Assembly (NCBI GenBank): GCA_023254555.1
Contig: JALRLI010000001.1
Location: forward strand, 1-52,575
Length of the DNA: 52,575 nucleotides
Direction of reading: 5' to 3'
DNA from: Microbacteriaceae bacterium
GTDB taxonomy: Bacteria > Actinomycetota > Actinomycetes > Actinomycetales > Microbacteriaceae
The notes below the pieces were generated by a model. The model did no database searches. It worked only from the letters and a program-made list of their open reading frames with translations, and was not told the DNA's origin. Shown one piece after another: positions 15,204-25,164 of the stretch; the first letter of the stretch is position 1, and the number at the start of each line of letters is the position of its first letter. Made by a program: the position numbers and the translations under genes.

Positions 15204-16034
15204 ATGACCATCCACGCAATGAACTCGAATCTCAGCGTGCCTGAGCAACCCGCTCAGCGCATCCTGGAGTGCGAGAAGGTGAACGTCTTCTACGGCGACT
15301 ATCGAGCTGTGACTGATGTGAATATGGCATTTGGGCAGAACGAGATTACGGCACTGATTGGCCCTTCGGGCTGTGGAAAATCGACTCTCCTGAGGTCGCT
15401 CAACCGCATGAACGACCTGATTGATGGTGCCCGCACCGAGGGTCTGGTTACGCTTCACGGCGAAAACCTCTACGACAAAGAAGTAGACCCAATCGCGGTT
15501 CGTCGCCGCATCGGTATGGTTTTTCAAAAGCCGAACCCGTTCCCAAAATCGATTTACGACAACATTGCGTACGGGCCTCGCGTGCTGGGCATGAAGCCGT
15601 CGAGTATGGACGACCTCGTCGAAGAGACACTCACCCGGGCAGCGCTCTGGGACGAGGTGAAAGACAAGCTGAAGCAGTCTGCATTTGGCCTGTCAGGTGG
15701 TCAGCAGCAGCGGCTCTGCATTGCGAGAACTATCGCTGTACAGCCGGAAATTATTTTGATGGATGAGCCCTGCTCGGCTCTCGATCCAATCGCAACGTCA
15801 CGCATCGAAGACTTGATGCGAGAGCTTCGTGAGGATTACACAATCGTTATCGTGACGCACAACATGCAGCAGGCCGCTCGCGTTGCCGACCGAACGGCGT
15901 TCTTCACCGCTCTGCAAGACGAAACGACCGGTAACCGAACCGGTGTGCTGGTTGAGTACGACAAGACCACGAAGATCTTCGAAGACCCAAGCGATCAGCG
16001 CACAGAAGACTACATTTCTGGTCGTTTCGGCTAG
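15204..16034 (+). CDS. pstB: Phosphate ABC transporter ATP-binding protein
   Basis: Walker [10 protein letters not shown], signature LSGGQQQR, Walker B ILMDEP. Confidence 0.95.
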   Translation: MTIHAMNSNLSVPEQPAQRILECEKVNVFYGDYRAVTDVNMAFGQNEITALIGPSGCGKSTLLRSLNRMNDLIDGARTEGLVTLHGENLYDKEVDPIAVRRRIGMVFQKPNPFPKSIYDNIAYGPRVLGMKPSSMDDLVEETLTRAALWDEVKDKLKQSAFGLSGGQQQRLCIARTIAVQPEIILMDEPCSALDPIATSRIEDLMRELREDYTIVIVTHNMQQAARVADRTAFFTALQDETTGNRTGVLVEYDKTTKIFEDPSDQRTEDYISGRFG

Positions 16035-16075
16035 AGCCGCAACTAGCTCTCAGGCTCTAATGCGAGAATGAGAGC

Positions 16076-17278
16076 ATGAGCTTTCGCGCGGTACTAGTCG
16101 CACCGGTTGTAGCCACACTTTTGTTCGCTTCCGGCTGCGCAAGCAGTGCAGGTGCGTTCAATTCAGAATCACCCGCAGTCGCGGCGCCTGAGCTCCCTGA
16201 AACCACTGTGAGCACGGGCAAAGGCCCCGAGTGTGCATCCGCTCAGTGCTTCACGCTAATGGTGAATGGCGACATGCTGTTCCACAAAGGGCTTTGGATT
16301 CCAGCTGCGCTCAAACCGCCTGTGAACGGGATGAACTTCGACTTCATGCCGCTTCTTGAGGGTCAGAAGCGCTATATCGATCAGGCAGATATTGCTATGT
16401 GCCATATGGAGACGCCGTATGCGCCTGTTGGAGGGCCGTACACCGGGTTCCCGTTCTTTGCGACTCCGCCTGATCTGGCCACCACGATTAAGCAACTCGG
16501 ATATGACGCCTGCACTCAGGCGAGTAACCACTCCGTCGATCAAGGCACCGAGGGGCTCAACCGAACGATTGATGTGCTCGATTCACTCGGTATTCCCCAC
16601 ACCGGAACGTATAAGACCGAAGAAGATTCGAAGAAAATTCTGATGCTCGAAACGTCAGGGGTGAAGGTTGCTTTTATTGAATACACCTTCTCCCTGAACG
16701 GCCTGCGCGCGGAAGTGCCGTGGCAAGTGAATTATCCAATCGACTCCGACAAGATGATTGAGCAGGCGAAGCAGGCCCGAGAGGAGGGCGCCGATCTCGT
16801 GATTGGTGTGCTCCACGCTGGTACGGAATACGCAGACTACCCAAATGTTCAGCAGACGGGGGAATCACGCAAGCTCATTGACAGTGGCTTATTTGATTTC
16901 GTGTACAACCACCACACGCACTCCGTTCAACCCATCGAGAAGTACAACGGCAAGTGGATTGTGTACGGCACCGGGAACGGAATTAGTGAGTCCTCCGAAG
17001 AGTACGCAGTAAACAATGAGTTCTTGACTGTGCGAGTTCAGTTCGCCAAGGGAGCTGATGGCTCATGGAGTACTTCAGACGTAGCCTGGGCGCCTTCAAT
17101 TAATAAACAAGCGGGCAAATACAAGTGGTGTTCGGTTGCGACTGATGCGCCTCAGGGAGTTTGCCAGAGCGCGAGTTTTGATTCAGGAGTGCGTGAAAAA
17201 ACGCGAAAGACCGTGAACGCGATGGGTGCTGAGGCAGCAGGCGCGCATGAATGGCTCGTGACACAAGACTCCAACTAG
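16076..17278 (+). CDS. CapA-family (PGA_cap metallophosphatase-like) lipoprotein
   Basis: Lipobox LLFASGCA. MVNGDMLFH, MCHMETP, ASNHSVDQG, HAGTEY and NHHTHSVQP motifs. Confidence 0.75.
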   Translation: MSFRAVLVAPVVATLLFASGCASSAGAFNSESPAVAAPELPETTVSTGKGPECASAQCFTLMVNGDMLFHKGLWIPAALKPPVNGMNFDFMPLLEGQKRYIDQADIAMCHMETPYAPVGGPYTGFPFFATPPDLATTIKQLGYDACTQASNHSVDQGTEGLNRTIDVLDSLGIPHTGTYKTEEDSKKILMLETSGVKVAFIEYTFSLNGLRAEVPWQVNYPIDSDKMIEQAKQAREEGADLVIGVLHAGTEYADYPNVQQTGESRKLIDSGLFDFVYNHHTHSVQPIEKYNGKWIVYGTGNGISESSEEYAVNNEFLTVRVQFAKGADGSWSTSDVAWAPSINKQAGKYKWCSVATDAPQGVCQSASFDSGVREKTRKTVNAMGAEAAGAHEWLVTQDSN

Positions 17279-17290
17279 GAGCGCCAGCGG

Positions 17291-18223
17291 TCAGCGCATT
17301 GGATACGTCTCGATCGAGATAATTCCTGCACTCGGATTAGTCTTCGAGAAGTGAAACACCGAGAAACCACCCGGTGGGAGCGATACTGCATCATCGAGAT
17401 AGTCCCCGGGGAGGCTTCCGGTGGCGAGCACTAATTCTCGAGCGATATCCGGTAGCACTGGGCGGTGGCTGCAAATAATGACGTTCTTGCCTTTTCGCAC
17501 AATCTTTCCGATAACGCTTCGGACATCTCCGTGACCCTCATCCCAGGCATCCTGACCAAGGGCAGCCTTCGCTCGCACCGATTTATTCATTGATTTAGCA
17601 GTCGGTGATACTGTGCGCATGCACCTCTCAGCATCGCTCGACAGAATACGGCTCGGGCCAAACGCCTCGAGGGTGCGAGTCAATCGACTTGCCTGCTCCT
17701 TGCCGAACTCAGTAAGGGGGCGAAGTCGGTCTTCAGGAAATTCAATCGAGCGGGGTTCTGCTTTGGCATGCCTCAGTAAAATTACTGAAAAAGTTTCGAG
17801 GGCGTTGTGTTCAATCATCCGTTTGAACACCTCAAGAATGTCGACATCTTGCTTGTAGCTCAAGCGTTTATGGGCTTTGCTCAGCTTCACCCACTCGAGC
17901 GCCTCAATCTCTTTGTTCGGCACAAAGGTCGAGTTGCGCACAGCCTCTTCAAAGACCTCTGCGGCCCAGTACTGCACAGTCTTGGTTATTTGGTCGCCGA
18001 TTGAATAGTGGATGCGCCCGAGATTGGCTCCCAAGCGAACGCGAAGCCCCGTTTCTTCCTCGACTTCACGAACGCCAGCCTGTGGCATGGTTTCACCCGG
18101 GTCAACTTTGCCTTTCGGAAACGAAACATCTTTCTGCTTCGTACGGTGAATCAGCAGAACCATAATTTCCTCGCCGACACGACGCCAGCAGACAGCACCA
18201 GCCGCCAGTACTTCTTTTGCCAT
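17291..18223 (-). CDS. mutT1: Nudix hydrolase fused to a histidine-phosphatase (SixA-like) domain, MutT1-type
   Basis: Nudix box GKVDPGETMPQAGVREVEEETG, a C-terminal LLRHAKAE histidine-phosphatase motif, and a position immediately downstream of ppk as in mycobacteria. Confidence 0.8.
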   Translation of the reverse strand: MAKEVLAAGAVCWRRVGEEIMVLLIHRTKQKDVSFPKGKVDPGETMPQAGVREVEEETGLRVRLGANLGRIHYSIGDQITKTVQYWAAEVFEEAVRNSTFVPNKEIEALEWVKLSKAHKRLSYKQDVDILEVFKRMIEHNALETFSVILLRHAKAEPRSIEFPEDRLRPLTEFGKEQASRLTRTLEAFGPSRILSSDAERCMRTVSPTAKSMNKSVRAKAALGQDAWDEGHGDVRSVIGKIVRKGKNVIICSHRPVLPDIARELVLATGSLPGDYLDDAVSLPPGGFSVFHFSKTNPSAGIISIETYPMR

Positions 18224-18225
18224 TG

Positions 18226-20316
18226 CTAGAGTCCCCGCACTTTAACCGAAGCACACTGCTCCATGATTAAGTCTTGCATGTCGTTGAGGCTTTCGTCAGC
18301 CTCCGTGCGGCTTTCGCGAGTCCAGGTATCGTCTGCCTGTAGCGACCAGCTCGAGGTGGTCTCGCTAAAGGCGAGCTCGAACAGCTCGTGAATCTGATTC
18401 AGGTGATCGTTCTGTTGTAAGCGAACCAGTGCTTCGACACGACGATCGAGGTTGCGGTGCATCAAATCTGCGCTTCCGATGTACACAATCGGATCGCCAT
18501 CGTTCTCAAAGCTGTAAATACGTGAGTGCTCAAGGTACCGCCCGAGTATCGAACGAACTCGGATTGTTTCTGAGTACCCGGGCTGGCCCGCGCGCACGGC
18601 ACAAATACCTCGCACCAAGATGTCGATTGGCACGCCCGCTTGGCTCGCCCTGTACAGTGCATCGATTGTCGCTTCATCCACCATGGAGTTCGCTTTGATG
18701 CGAATTCTGCTTGGTTTTCCTGCTCTGGCCGCGGCTGCCTCAGCATCGATTCGATCAATCAGTCCGTTTCTCAGCGAGAGCGGCGCAACAAGCATCCGCT
18801 TGTATTTCTTTTCAATCGCGTAGCCAGAGAGTACGTTGAACAGCCGGGTGAGGTCTTTTCCAATGACTTCCGATGAGGTGAACAATCCAAAGTCCTCGTA
18901 AATCCGGCTCGTCTTCGGGTTGTAGTTTCCGGTGCCGATGTGGCTGTAGTGCTTTAGGACGCCATTTTCCTCGCGGATGACATGCACAAGTTTGCAGTGC
19001 GTTTTGAGCCCAACCAAACCGTAGACGACGTGTACCCCGGCTTTTTCGAGTTTTCTCGCCCAGGTGATGTTTGCCTCTTCATCGAAGCGTGCCTTAATTT
19101 CAACCATTGCGAGCACTTGCTTGCCAGACTCAGCCGCTTTGATGAGCGAAGCGATGATTGGACTGTCTCCACTGGTGCGATACAGCGTCTGCTTGATCGC
19201 TAGCACGTGAGGGTCTGCAGCGGCCTGCTCAAGAAAAGCCTGCACGCTTGTCGAGAATGATTCATAGGGGTGGTGTACCAGAACTTCTCGCTTGGATACC
19301 GCTTCGAAGATATTCGCCTTCTCACTGGGGTTATCAGGCCGCAGGTACGCATTTGTCACCGGAATGTGGCGCTTGTATCGTAGTTCAGGTCGGTCAAGGC
19401 TTGAAATTGTGAACATCGCCCGGAGGTCGATGGGCGAAGGGAGAATCGTCACCTCTTGCTCGGAGATTTCAAACTCACGAATCAGCAGTTCACGAGTGTC
19501 ATCATCCATATCAGCTGAGACCTCGAGACGAATTGGTGGCCCGAATCGACGACGAAGTAACTCTTTTTCGAGTGCCTGAATCAGGTTCTCGGCTTCGTCT
19601 TCTTCAATCTCAACATCTTCATTCCGAGTCACTCGAAACACGTGGTGATCAAGTACTTCCATGCCGGGAAAGAGTCCATCGAGCTGGTGAGCAATCAGGT
19701 CTTCGAGGGCGATGAAACGCACGCTGTTGAGACTCTCACGGGCATCCACCCTGATTAACCGGGGAATCATTTGTGGCACTTTTAATCTGGCGAATTCGAG
19801 CTTGCCCGACTTCGGGTTGCGAATCTTGATCGACAGGTTCAGTGACAGGCCGGAGATGTAGGGAAAAGGATGCGCGGTATCGACTGCCAGCGGCATTAAG
19901 ACCGGATAGATGTGCTGCTCATAGTAGTTTCGAAGAATTTCGTGGTCAGCGTCGTCAAGTTCATTCCATGTCGCGATTTTGATGCCTGCGGCACTCAACG
20001 CGGGGCGCACCTGCTCTTCGTATACGGCAGCGTGGCGCAGTTGAAGCTCTCGAGCGCGCGCTCTAATGTCGTTGAGCAGGTCTTCAGGTGCTCGACCGGT
20101 GTTGGTGGCTACTGCCAGCCCAGTCACGATTCGGCGCTTCAGGCCCGCAACACGCACCATGAAGAACTCATCTAGATTGCTTGCGAAAATTGCCAAGAAG
20201 TTTGCTCGTTCAAGAATTGGCAGGGTTTCGTCTTCTGCGAGCTCGAGCACTCTCTGATTGAACGCAAGCCAACTGAGTTCTCGATCTGAATAGCGATCGT
20301 AGGGGAGTTCCGCCAT
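18226..20316 (-). CDS. ppk: Polyphosphate kinase 1
   Basis: 696 aa with a PPK1-like sequence throughout ([26 protein letters not shown]-like HxK regions). Confidence 0.95.
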   Translation of the reverse strand: MAELPYDRYSDRELSWLAFNQRVLELAEDETLPILERANFLAIFASNLDEFFMVRVAGLKRRIVTGLAVATNTGRAPEDLLNDIRARARELQLRHAAVYEEQVRPALSAAGIKIATWNELDDADHEILRNYYEQHIYPVLMPLAVDTAHPFPYISGLSLNLSIKIRNPKSGKLEFARLKVPQMIPRLIRVDARESLNSVRFIALEDLIAHQLDGLFPGMEVLDHHVFRVTRNEDVEIEEDEAENLIQALEKELLRRRFGPPIRLEVSADMDDDTRELLIREFEISEQEVTILPSPIDLRAMFTISSLDRPELRYKRHIPVTNAYLRPDNPSEKANIFEAVSKREVLVHHPYESFSTSVQAFLEQAAADPHVLAIKQTLYRTSGDSPIIASLIKAAESGKQVLAMVEIKARFDEEANITWARKLEKAGVHVVYGLVGLKTHCKLVHVIREENGVLKHYSHIGTGNYNPKTSRIYEDFGLFTSSEVIGKDLTRLFNVLSGYAIEKKYKRMLVAPLSLRNGLIDRIDAEAAAARAGKPSRIRIKANSMVDEATIDALYRASQAGVPIDILVRGICAVRAGQPGYSETIRVRSILGRYLEHSRIYSFENDGDPIVYIGSADLMHRNLDRRVEALVRLQQNDHLNQIHELFELAFSETTSSWSLQADDTWTRESRTEADESLNDMQDLIMEQCASVKVRGL

Positions 20317-20372
20317 AGTCCCATTCTGGCAGTTATTTTCGTGAGGTTACGAGCCCTCAGATGAACGAAAGG

Positions 20373-21284
20373 TTACGAACGGATGCGTGACCACTGCGCA
20401 CTGCGTGAGTCAATCTCAAATCCGCTCTTCTGATAAATTCTGAGCGCAGTCAGGTTTTCTGCTTCGACATACAAAAAAGCACTCTTGACCCCGATTTCCG
20501 AGAGTCGAGCAAGTCCAGCGTTGAAGAGCTTGCTGCCAAGACCCGAACCGCTCGCTCGCGGTGATACACCGAGAACGTAGACCTCACCCTCGGAAGCACC
20601 AGGCTGAACCTTGAGCCAGCAGTAGCCGAGTATTTCTCCAGAAGAGTTCGTTGCCAAGATGAAGTTGTGCGCATCGAACCAGCTCTCGCGCATCCGATCG
20701 GCGACGTCTGTTGCGGTGATTGCCGATTGCTCGGGATGGGCGGCGAAAACCTCAGCGTTGAGCTTCACCCAGGCATCAACATCGCTCTCCTGAAAATTGC
20801 GCAGCTGAATTTGGGTATCTTGCCCGCGAGGTGAATCTGCGGAGGGCACCGGTTTGATTTCACGTAAGACGAGTTTCAGTAATGAACGGTCAGCCTTGAA
20901 CCCACGAGCGCTCAAGAGTTTCTCAGCCGCTGAGTCTTCGCCGTGAACCCATGTGTGAAGCGCGGAAGTTTGGTCTGCTTTGTTCGAGTCGAGCTCATTC
21001 AAAAATTCATCAAGGGCGAAACTGCCGATTCCTTGCTTCCTGAAGTCCGGATCGATGATCAGGTCGAATTCGTGCCCTCCGTATGCGATGAAACCAAGCG
21101 GTTTGCCATCCGAAACTCGCGTGATCAGTCGAAGCTGCCTTACTCCAGACTTGACTTCGATGAGTGCTTGGTCAGAAAGAACCGACTGCCCGGCAACGTT
21201 GCTGGCTCGTGAGGTGATTGCGGAGACACGTTCGAGAGCTGCATCGAAGTCGCTAGGCTTCGACAGCTTGGCGAACGTCGTCAT
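20373..21284 (-). CDS. mshD: Mycothiol synthase (tandem GNAT)
   Basis: 303 aa with two GNAT cores (RKQGIGSFAL; SGSGLGSKL). N-terminus is colinear with mycobacterial MshD. Synteny with the glnR-like gene matches the Rv0818-Rv0819 arrangement. Confidence 0.8.
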   Translation of the reverse strand: MTTFAKLSKPSDFDAALERVSAITSRASNVAGQSVLSDQALIEVKSGVRQLRLITRVSDGKPLGFIAYGGHEFDLIIDPDFRKQGIGSFALDEFLNELDSNKADQTSALHTWVHGEDSAAEKLLSARGFKADRSLLKLVLREIKPVPSADSPRGQDTQIQLRNFQESDVDAWVKLNAEVFAAHPEQSAITATDVADRMRESWFDAHNFILATNSSGEILGYCWLKVQPGASEGEVYVLGVSPRASGSGLGSKLFNAGLARLSEIGVKSAFLYVEAENLTALRIYQKSGFEIDSRSAQWSRIRS

Positions 21285-21945
21285 TCTCGTTTTTCACAGT
21301 GAATTGGTAGCCAACGTTTCTGACAGTTCCGATTAACTGTTCGTGTTCACCAAGTTTTGCTCGGAGTCTTCGCACATGAACGTCTACAGTTCTGGTGCCG
21401 CCATAGTAGTCGTAACCCCAAACCTCGCTCAACAGCTGCTCGCGAGTGAAGACCCTTCCGGAATGCGCGGCTAAAAACTTCAGCAGTTCAAATTCTTTGA
21501 ACGTCAAATCAAGGGTTTGACTGCCGAGCTTGGCAGAGTAGCTTGACTCGTCGATGACGAGATTCGCGGCGCGTATCGGAGCCATAGGGAGGGTCGCGAT
21601 ATCTCCGGGTTCAAGCGCAAGACGAATGCGCGCTTCAATTTCTGCTGGTCCCGCCGAGTGAAGCAGCAAATCGGTCGCTCCCCAGGTTTTCGTGACTGCC
21701 GCCAACCCGCCGTCGCTCATGATCAATAAAATCGGTTGGCGATACTCGCGTGTGGCGAGACCAACACAAACCCGATTCGCAGCGACGAGGTCGATCGTCG
21801 CGTCAACAAAGATGACGTCAGGAGCTGGCTTGATGCTGGCGATGTCTGTCTCTAGCGCCATTCCAACCACTTCGTGGGGAAGTAAGCCGAGCGCCGGAAT
21901 TGGGCTCTGGCCTATTTGGTCAGTGAGCACGAGGAGTCTAGCCAA
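21253..21945 (-). CDS. OmpR/PhoB-family response regulator with atypical receiver, GlnR-like
   Basis: C-terminal winged helix (FKEFELLKFLAAHSGRVFTREQLLSEVWGYDYYGGTRTVDVHVRRLRAKLG) and a divergent receiver domain. Confidence 0.75.
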   Translation of the reverse strand: MARLLVLTDQIGQSPIPALGLLPHEVVGMALETDIASIKPAPDVIFVDATIDLVAANRVCVGLATREYRQPILLIMSDGGLAAVTKTWGATDLLLHSAGPAEIEARIRLALEPGDIATLPMAPIRAANLVIDESSYSAKLGSQTLDLTFKEFELLKFLAAHSGRVFTREQLLSEVWGYDYYGGTRTVDVHVRRLRAKLGEHEQLIGTVRNVGYQFTVKNENDDVRQAVEA

Positions 21946-21995
21946 GGGGAGCTCCTTCCGGTCTTTGAACGATTGTATCGTGGCAGAATGAGGAG

Positions 21996-22319
21996 ATGAG
22001 CCCAGTTAACGAGACTGTTACATACGAAGAAAGCAGGGCCAAACCCGCGCATTATTGGCATGTCCCTCGACTCATCGTTGCTTGGGTTGCAACGCTGCTG
22101 AGCGCAGTGGTTATCGCTCTGGCGCCAGCGCTCCACTCCCATCGGTTCGAGTGGATGGCGATTTTGCTTGCAGGTGGAACGCTTCTGACGTTCATCCTGC
22201 AGCTCGGAACCGCGCAGCGCGAAGGATTCATCGTTCGAACCGCTGCGAGCGTCGGGGGAGTAGTGCTAATCGTTACCGCTCTTGCGGGTGTGACGTTGCT
22301 GCTCTCAGGCGAGTTTTGA
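21996..22319 (+). CDS. Hypothetical membrane protein
   Basis: 107 aa with 3 predicted TM helices. Confidence 0.55.
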   Translation: MSPVNETVTYEESRAKPAHYWHVPRLIVAWVATLLSAVVIALAPALHSHRFEWMAILLAGGTLLTFILQLGTAQREGFIVRTAASVGGVVLIVTALAGVTLLLSGEF

Positions 22320-22332
22320 GTAGAATAATCTC

Positions 22333-22443
22333 ATGCTTCTCGCTCTAGAACTCTTCTTTACTGGATTGCTCGGTCTCGCTTCGCTGGCAATTCTCTTTAT
22401 TTCTGGCACTGTCATCTACAAGCTCTTCAAGGGTCAGCGCTAA
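22333..22443 (+). CDS. Possible 36-aa single-TM mini-protein
   Basis: Own translation MLLALELFFTGLLGLASLAILFISGTVIYKLFKGQR. Starts 13 nt after the preceding stop. No clear SD. Confidence 0.3.
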   Translation: MLLALELFFTGLLGLASLAILFISGTVIYKLFKGQR

Positions 22444-22475
22444 TCATCACAGAGCTTTCTGCTCAGCCAGGCGCC

Positions 22476-23564
22476 GTGATCGACACTGAATTTTCGGTCG
22501 CCGCACACTTTGGTGCTCCTTTTCCGGAGCAAAGAAACCTGCAGTCAGGTTCAGCCGTCGTTGATTTGAGTCATCACGGCATCATCACAGTATCCGGGCC
22601 AGACCGACTCGAATGGCTGAACTCAATGTGCAGTCAAGAGCTCGGATCAATCTCGCCCGGTGTGAGCACGGAGTCGCTACTGCTCGACCCTCAAGGCCAC
22701 ATCCAGTTCGCCATGCGCATTGTTGATGACGGCGAATCGACCTGGATCATGGTCGACCCTCTCCAGTCTCAGGCACTCGCCGCGTACCTTGACCGCATGC
22801 GATTTACCAAGCGCGTCGAGGTGACTGAGAAATCCGAGCAGGATCGACTCTTTACCGTTGGCTTTTTCACGGGAGCAGAGGCGAGCGACGCGCTCAGTTC
22901 GCTTCGCGAGAGCGGCCAGGTGCGTGCAGTCTGGCTTGATCCCTGGAGCGCAGTGAGCGTGGGGGGCTGGCAATACGCCGCAGTGACTGCTGATGAGCAT
23001 CCAGCATCGACTTGGAATTATGCTGAAGCGATTCTCACCGCTGAGGGTGTTCAACTGCTCGTCAACATGATTCAAGCCGGCACCCTGAGAAGTGCGGGCA
23101 CGCTGGCCTTGCAGGCACTTCGTGTGATGGCATGGCGACCCGCACAACACACAGAGGTCGATGACCGTGCGCTACCCCATGAGTTTGACTGGTTACGAAG
23201 TGCTGTGCACCTCAATAAGGGGTGTTATCGAGGTCAAGAAACCGTTGCGAAAGTGCACAACCTTGGGCATCCTCCTCGCAGGCTCGCGCTGTTGCATCTC
23301 GATGGAAGCGACGCACAACTCCCTGAGCCAGCTGACCTGGTCTTCGCGCCGGGTGAGGAAAAACCGATTGGTCGAGTGACGATTGCCGCAAGGCACTTCG
23401 AATGGGGGGCGGTGGCTCTCGCGCTGCTCAAACGCTCAGTGCCTGTCGATGCTCAGCTCGAGGTTCAGCATGCAGGCATACGTATTCCAGCTACTCAAGA
23501 AGTCATTGTTCCGCCAGAAGCAGGCGCAACTCGTGTGACGCCGCGAATTGCTCCGCTCAGGTGA
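22476..23564 (+). CDS. ygfZ: YgfZ/CAF17-family folate-binding Fe-S maintenance protein
   Basis: 362 aa, GcvT-like fold, signature LNKGCYRGQETVAKV. Confidence 0.8.
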   Translation: MIDTEFSVAAHFGAPFPEQRNLQSGSAVVDLSHHGIITVSGPDRLEWLNSMCSQELGSISPGVSTESLLLDPQGHIQFAMRIVDDGESTWIMVDPLQSQALAAYLDRMRFTKRVEVTEKSEQDRLFTVGFFTGAEASDALSSLRESGQVRAVWLDPWSAVSVGGWQYAAVTADEHPASTWNYAEAILTAEGVQLLVNMIQAGTLRSAGTLALQALRVMAWRPAQHTEVDDRALPHEFDWLRSAVHLNKGCYRGQETVAKVHNLGHPPRRLALLHLDGSDAQLPEPADLVFAPGEEKPIGRVTIAARHFEWGAVALALLKRSVPVDAQLEVQHAGIRIPATQEVIVPPEAGATRVTPRIAPLR

Positions 23565-23578
23565 AGTACGCTTAAGGT

Positions 23579-24322
23579 ATGACACACACACTCATCCTGC
23601 TACGCCACGGTCAGAGCGAATGGAACAAGAAAAACCTGTTCACTGGATGGGTTGATGTGCGGCTCACAGAGCAAGGTCGTGCCGAAGCGGCGAGGGCGGG
23701 CGAGCTGCTTCGCGAGAAAGAATTGCTACCTGACGTGCTGTTCACCTCTGTGCTGAGCCGTGCGATTCAAACTGCGAACCTTGCGCTAGACACGGCAGAC
23801 CGGCTCTGGATTCCGGTAGAGCGTTCGTGGCGGCTCAATGAACGTCACTATGGGGCTCTTCAGGGGAAAAACAAGGCTGAAACACTCGAGCAGTATGGCA
23901 ACGAACAGTTCATGACCTGGAGGCGTTCGTATGACACACCGCCACCAGCGCTCGACGACAGCAGTGAGTGGTCACAGGCGAACGACCCGCGTTATGCAGG
24001 CATCGACGGTGATCGGCCTCAGACCGAGTGCCTCAAAGATGTTGTCGCACGCTTGTTGCCGTATTGGGAATCTTCGATCACGCCTGAGCTTTCAGCTGGC
24101 AAACGGGTGCTGATTACCGCACACGGAAATTCACTCCGGGCATTGGTGAAACACCTTGAGGGCATTAGCGATGAAGCAATCGCAGAGCTGAATATTCCGA
24201 CCGGAATCCCGCTCGTTTATGAGCTCGATGATTCGTTCAAACCAACGGGGCCAGGTCGGTACTTAGATCCAGAGGCTGCGGCAGCAGGCGTAGCCGAGGT
24301 GGCTGCCCAGGGCAAGCACTGA
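23579..24322 (+). CDS. gpmA: 2,3-bisphosphoglycerate-dependent phosphoglycerate mutase
   Basis: [36 protein letters not shown]. Confidence 0.95.
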   Translation: MTHTLILLRHGQSEWNKKNLFTGWVDVRLTEQGRAEAARAGELLREKELLPDVLFTSVLSRAIQTANLALDTADRLWIPVERSWRLNERHYGALQGKNKAETLEQYGNEQFMTWRRSYDTPPPALDDSSEWSQANDPRYAGIDGDRPQTECLKDVVARLLPYWESSITPELSAGKRVLITAHGNSLRALVKHLEGISDEAIAELNIPTGIPLVYELDDSFKPTGPGRYLDPEAAAAGVAEVAAQGKH

Positions 24323-24330
24323 CAAACTAC

Positions 24331-25008
24331 TTATTCAGAGGCGGATTCAGAGCTGCTGTGAGCGGTCTCTGAAAAATCACCGCTGATGAAGTACAGCACC
24401 TTCTTGGTGATTGACACAGCGTGATCGCCGAATCGCTCGTGGTAGCGGCTCGCGAGAGTAGCGTCGACTACGGCGGTGCGGTCGGCCTTGAATGATTCAT
24501 CTAAGACCATGTCGAAGACGCTTGCGTGCAGGGCATCAAGCTTGTCGTCGAGCTCGCGGATTTGCGTCACGACTGCTGGTTCCATATCGCGCAGCAACTT
24601 TGTGAGCAAGCTAGCCATCTTCACGTCGAGCTCTGCCATCTCATCGAAGGTATCGCGCATACCCTTCGGAATAACCTTCTCAGGGAAGCGGTAGCGAGCC
24701 AACTGAGCAATATGCTCTGCAATGTCGCCCATGCGCTCAAGCGAAGTGCTCATGCGGAGCGCACTCACAATCAGACGAAGATCACGAGCTACAGGGGCTT
24801 GGCGAGCGAGAATTGCGATCGCGAGTTCGTCGAGACTGTCAGCGAGCGAATCAATTTCGGAGTCGTTATCAATCACCGATTCTGCGAGTGCTGCATCTGA
24901 TTTGCGGAATGCGGTGGTGGCATTCTTGATTGCGACTTCAACGAGTTCGCTGATGCGCACCAATCGATCTTGTACTTCGTGCAGCTCTTGCTGAAAAACT
25001 TCGCGCAA
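24331..25008 (-). CDS. phoU: Phosphate signalling complex protein PhoU
   Basis: 225 aa with two PhoU repeats (ERMGDIAEHIA; ERFGDHAVSIT). Confidence 0.9.
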   Translation of the reverse strand: MREVFQQELHEVQDRLVRISELVEVAIKNATTAFRKSDAALAESVIDNDSEIDSLADSLDELAIAILARQAPVARDLRLIVSALRMSTSLERMGDIAEHIAQLARYRFPEKVIPKGMRDTFDEMAELDVKMASLLTKLLRDMEPAVVTQIRELDDKLDALHASVFDMVLDESFKADRTAVVDATLASRYHERFGDHAVSITKKVLYFISGDFSETAHSSSESASE

Positions 25009-25164
25009 TCTTCAGACCTCTCTGGGTAATAGAACTAAATCTACCTGACAGCCTGTCTTCTTTAGATTAACAGAGCGCAACATCATTCTTAACGTTTGCT
25101 GAACGGATGTGGGATACATCAACCGTTGGTTTCCCTTCAGATGCTCAACGCCTAGCATTAGAGA

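Noticed and set aside
16034-16075. Possible terminator after pstB (AGAGCC...GGCTCT)
   Set aside because: The stem is 6 bp with a 14-nt loop and no U-tract, so it is not convincing.
25035-25068. Nested palindrome AATCTA..GACAG-C-CTGTC..TAGATT between phoU and senX3
   Set aside because: The arms are only 5-6 bp with asymmetric spacers, and the central loop is 1 nt, so it is not a viable RNA hairpin. It could be a protein site, but the evidence is too weak to call. I mention it only in connection with the pstS repeats.
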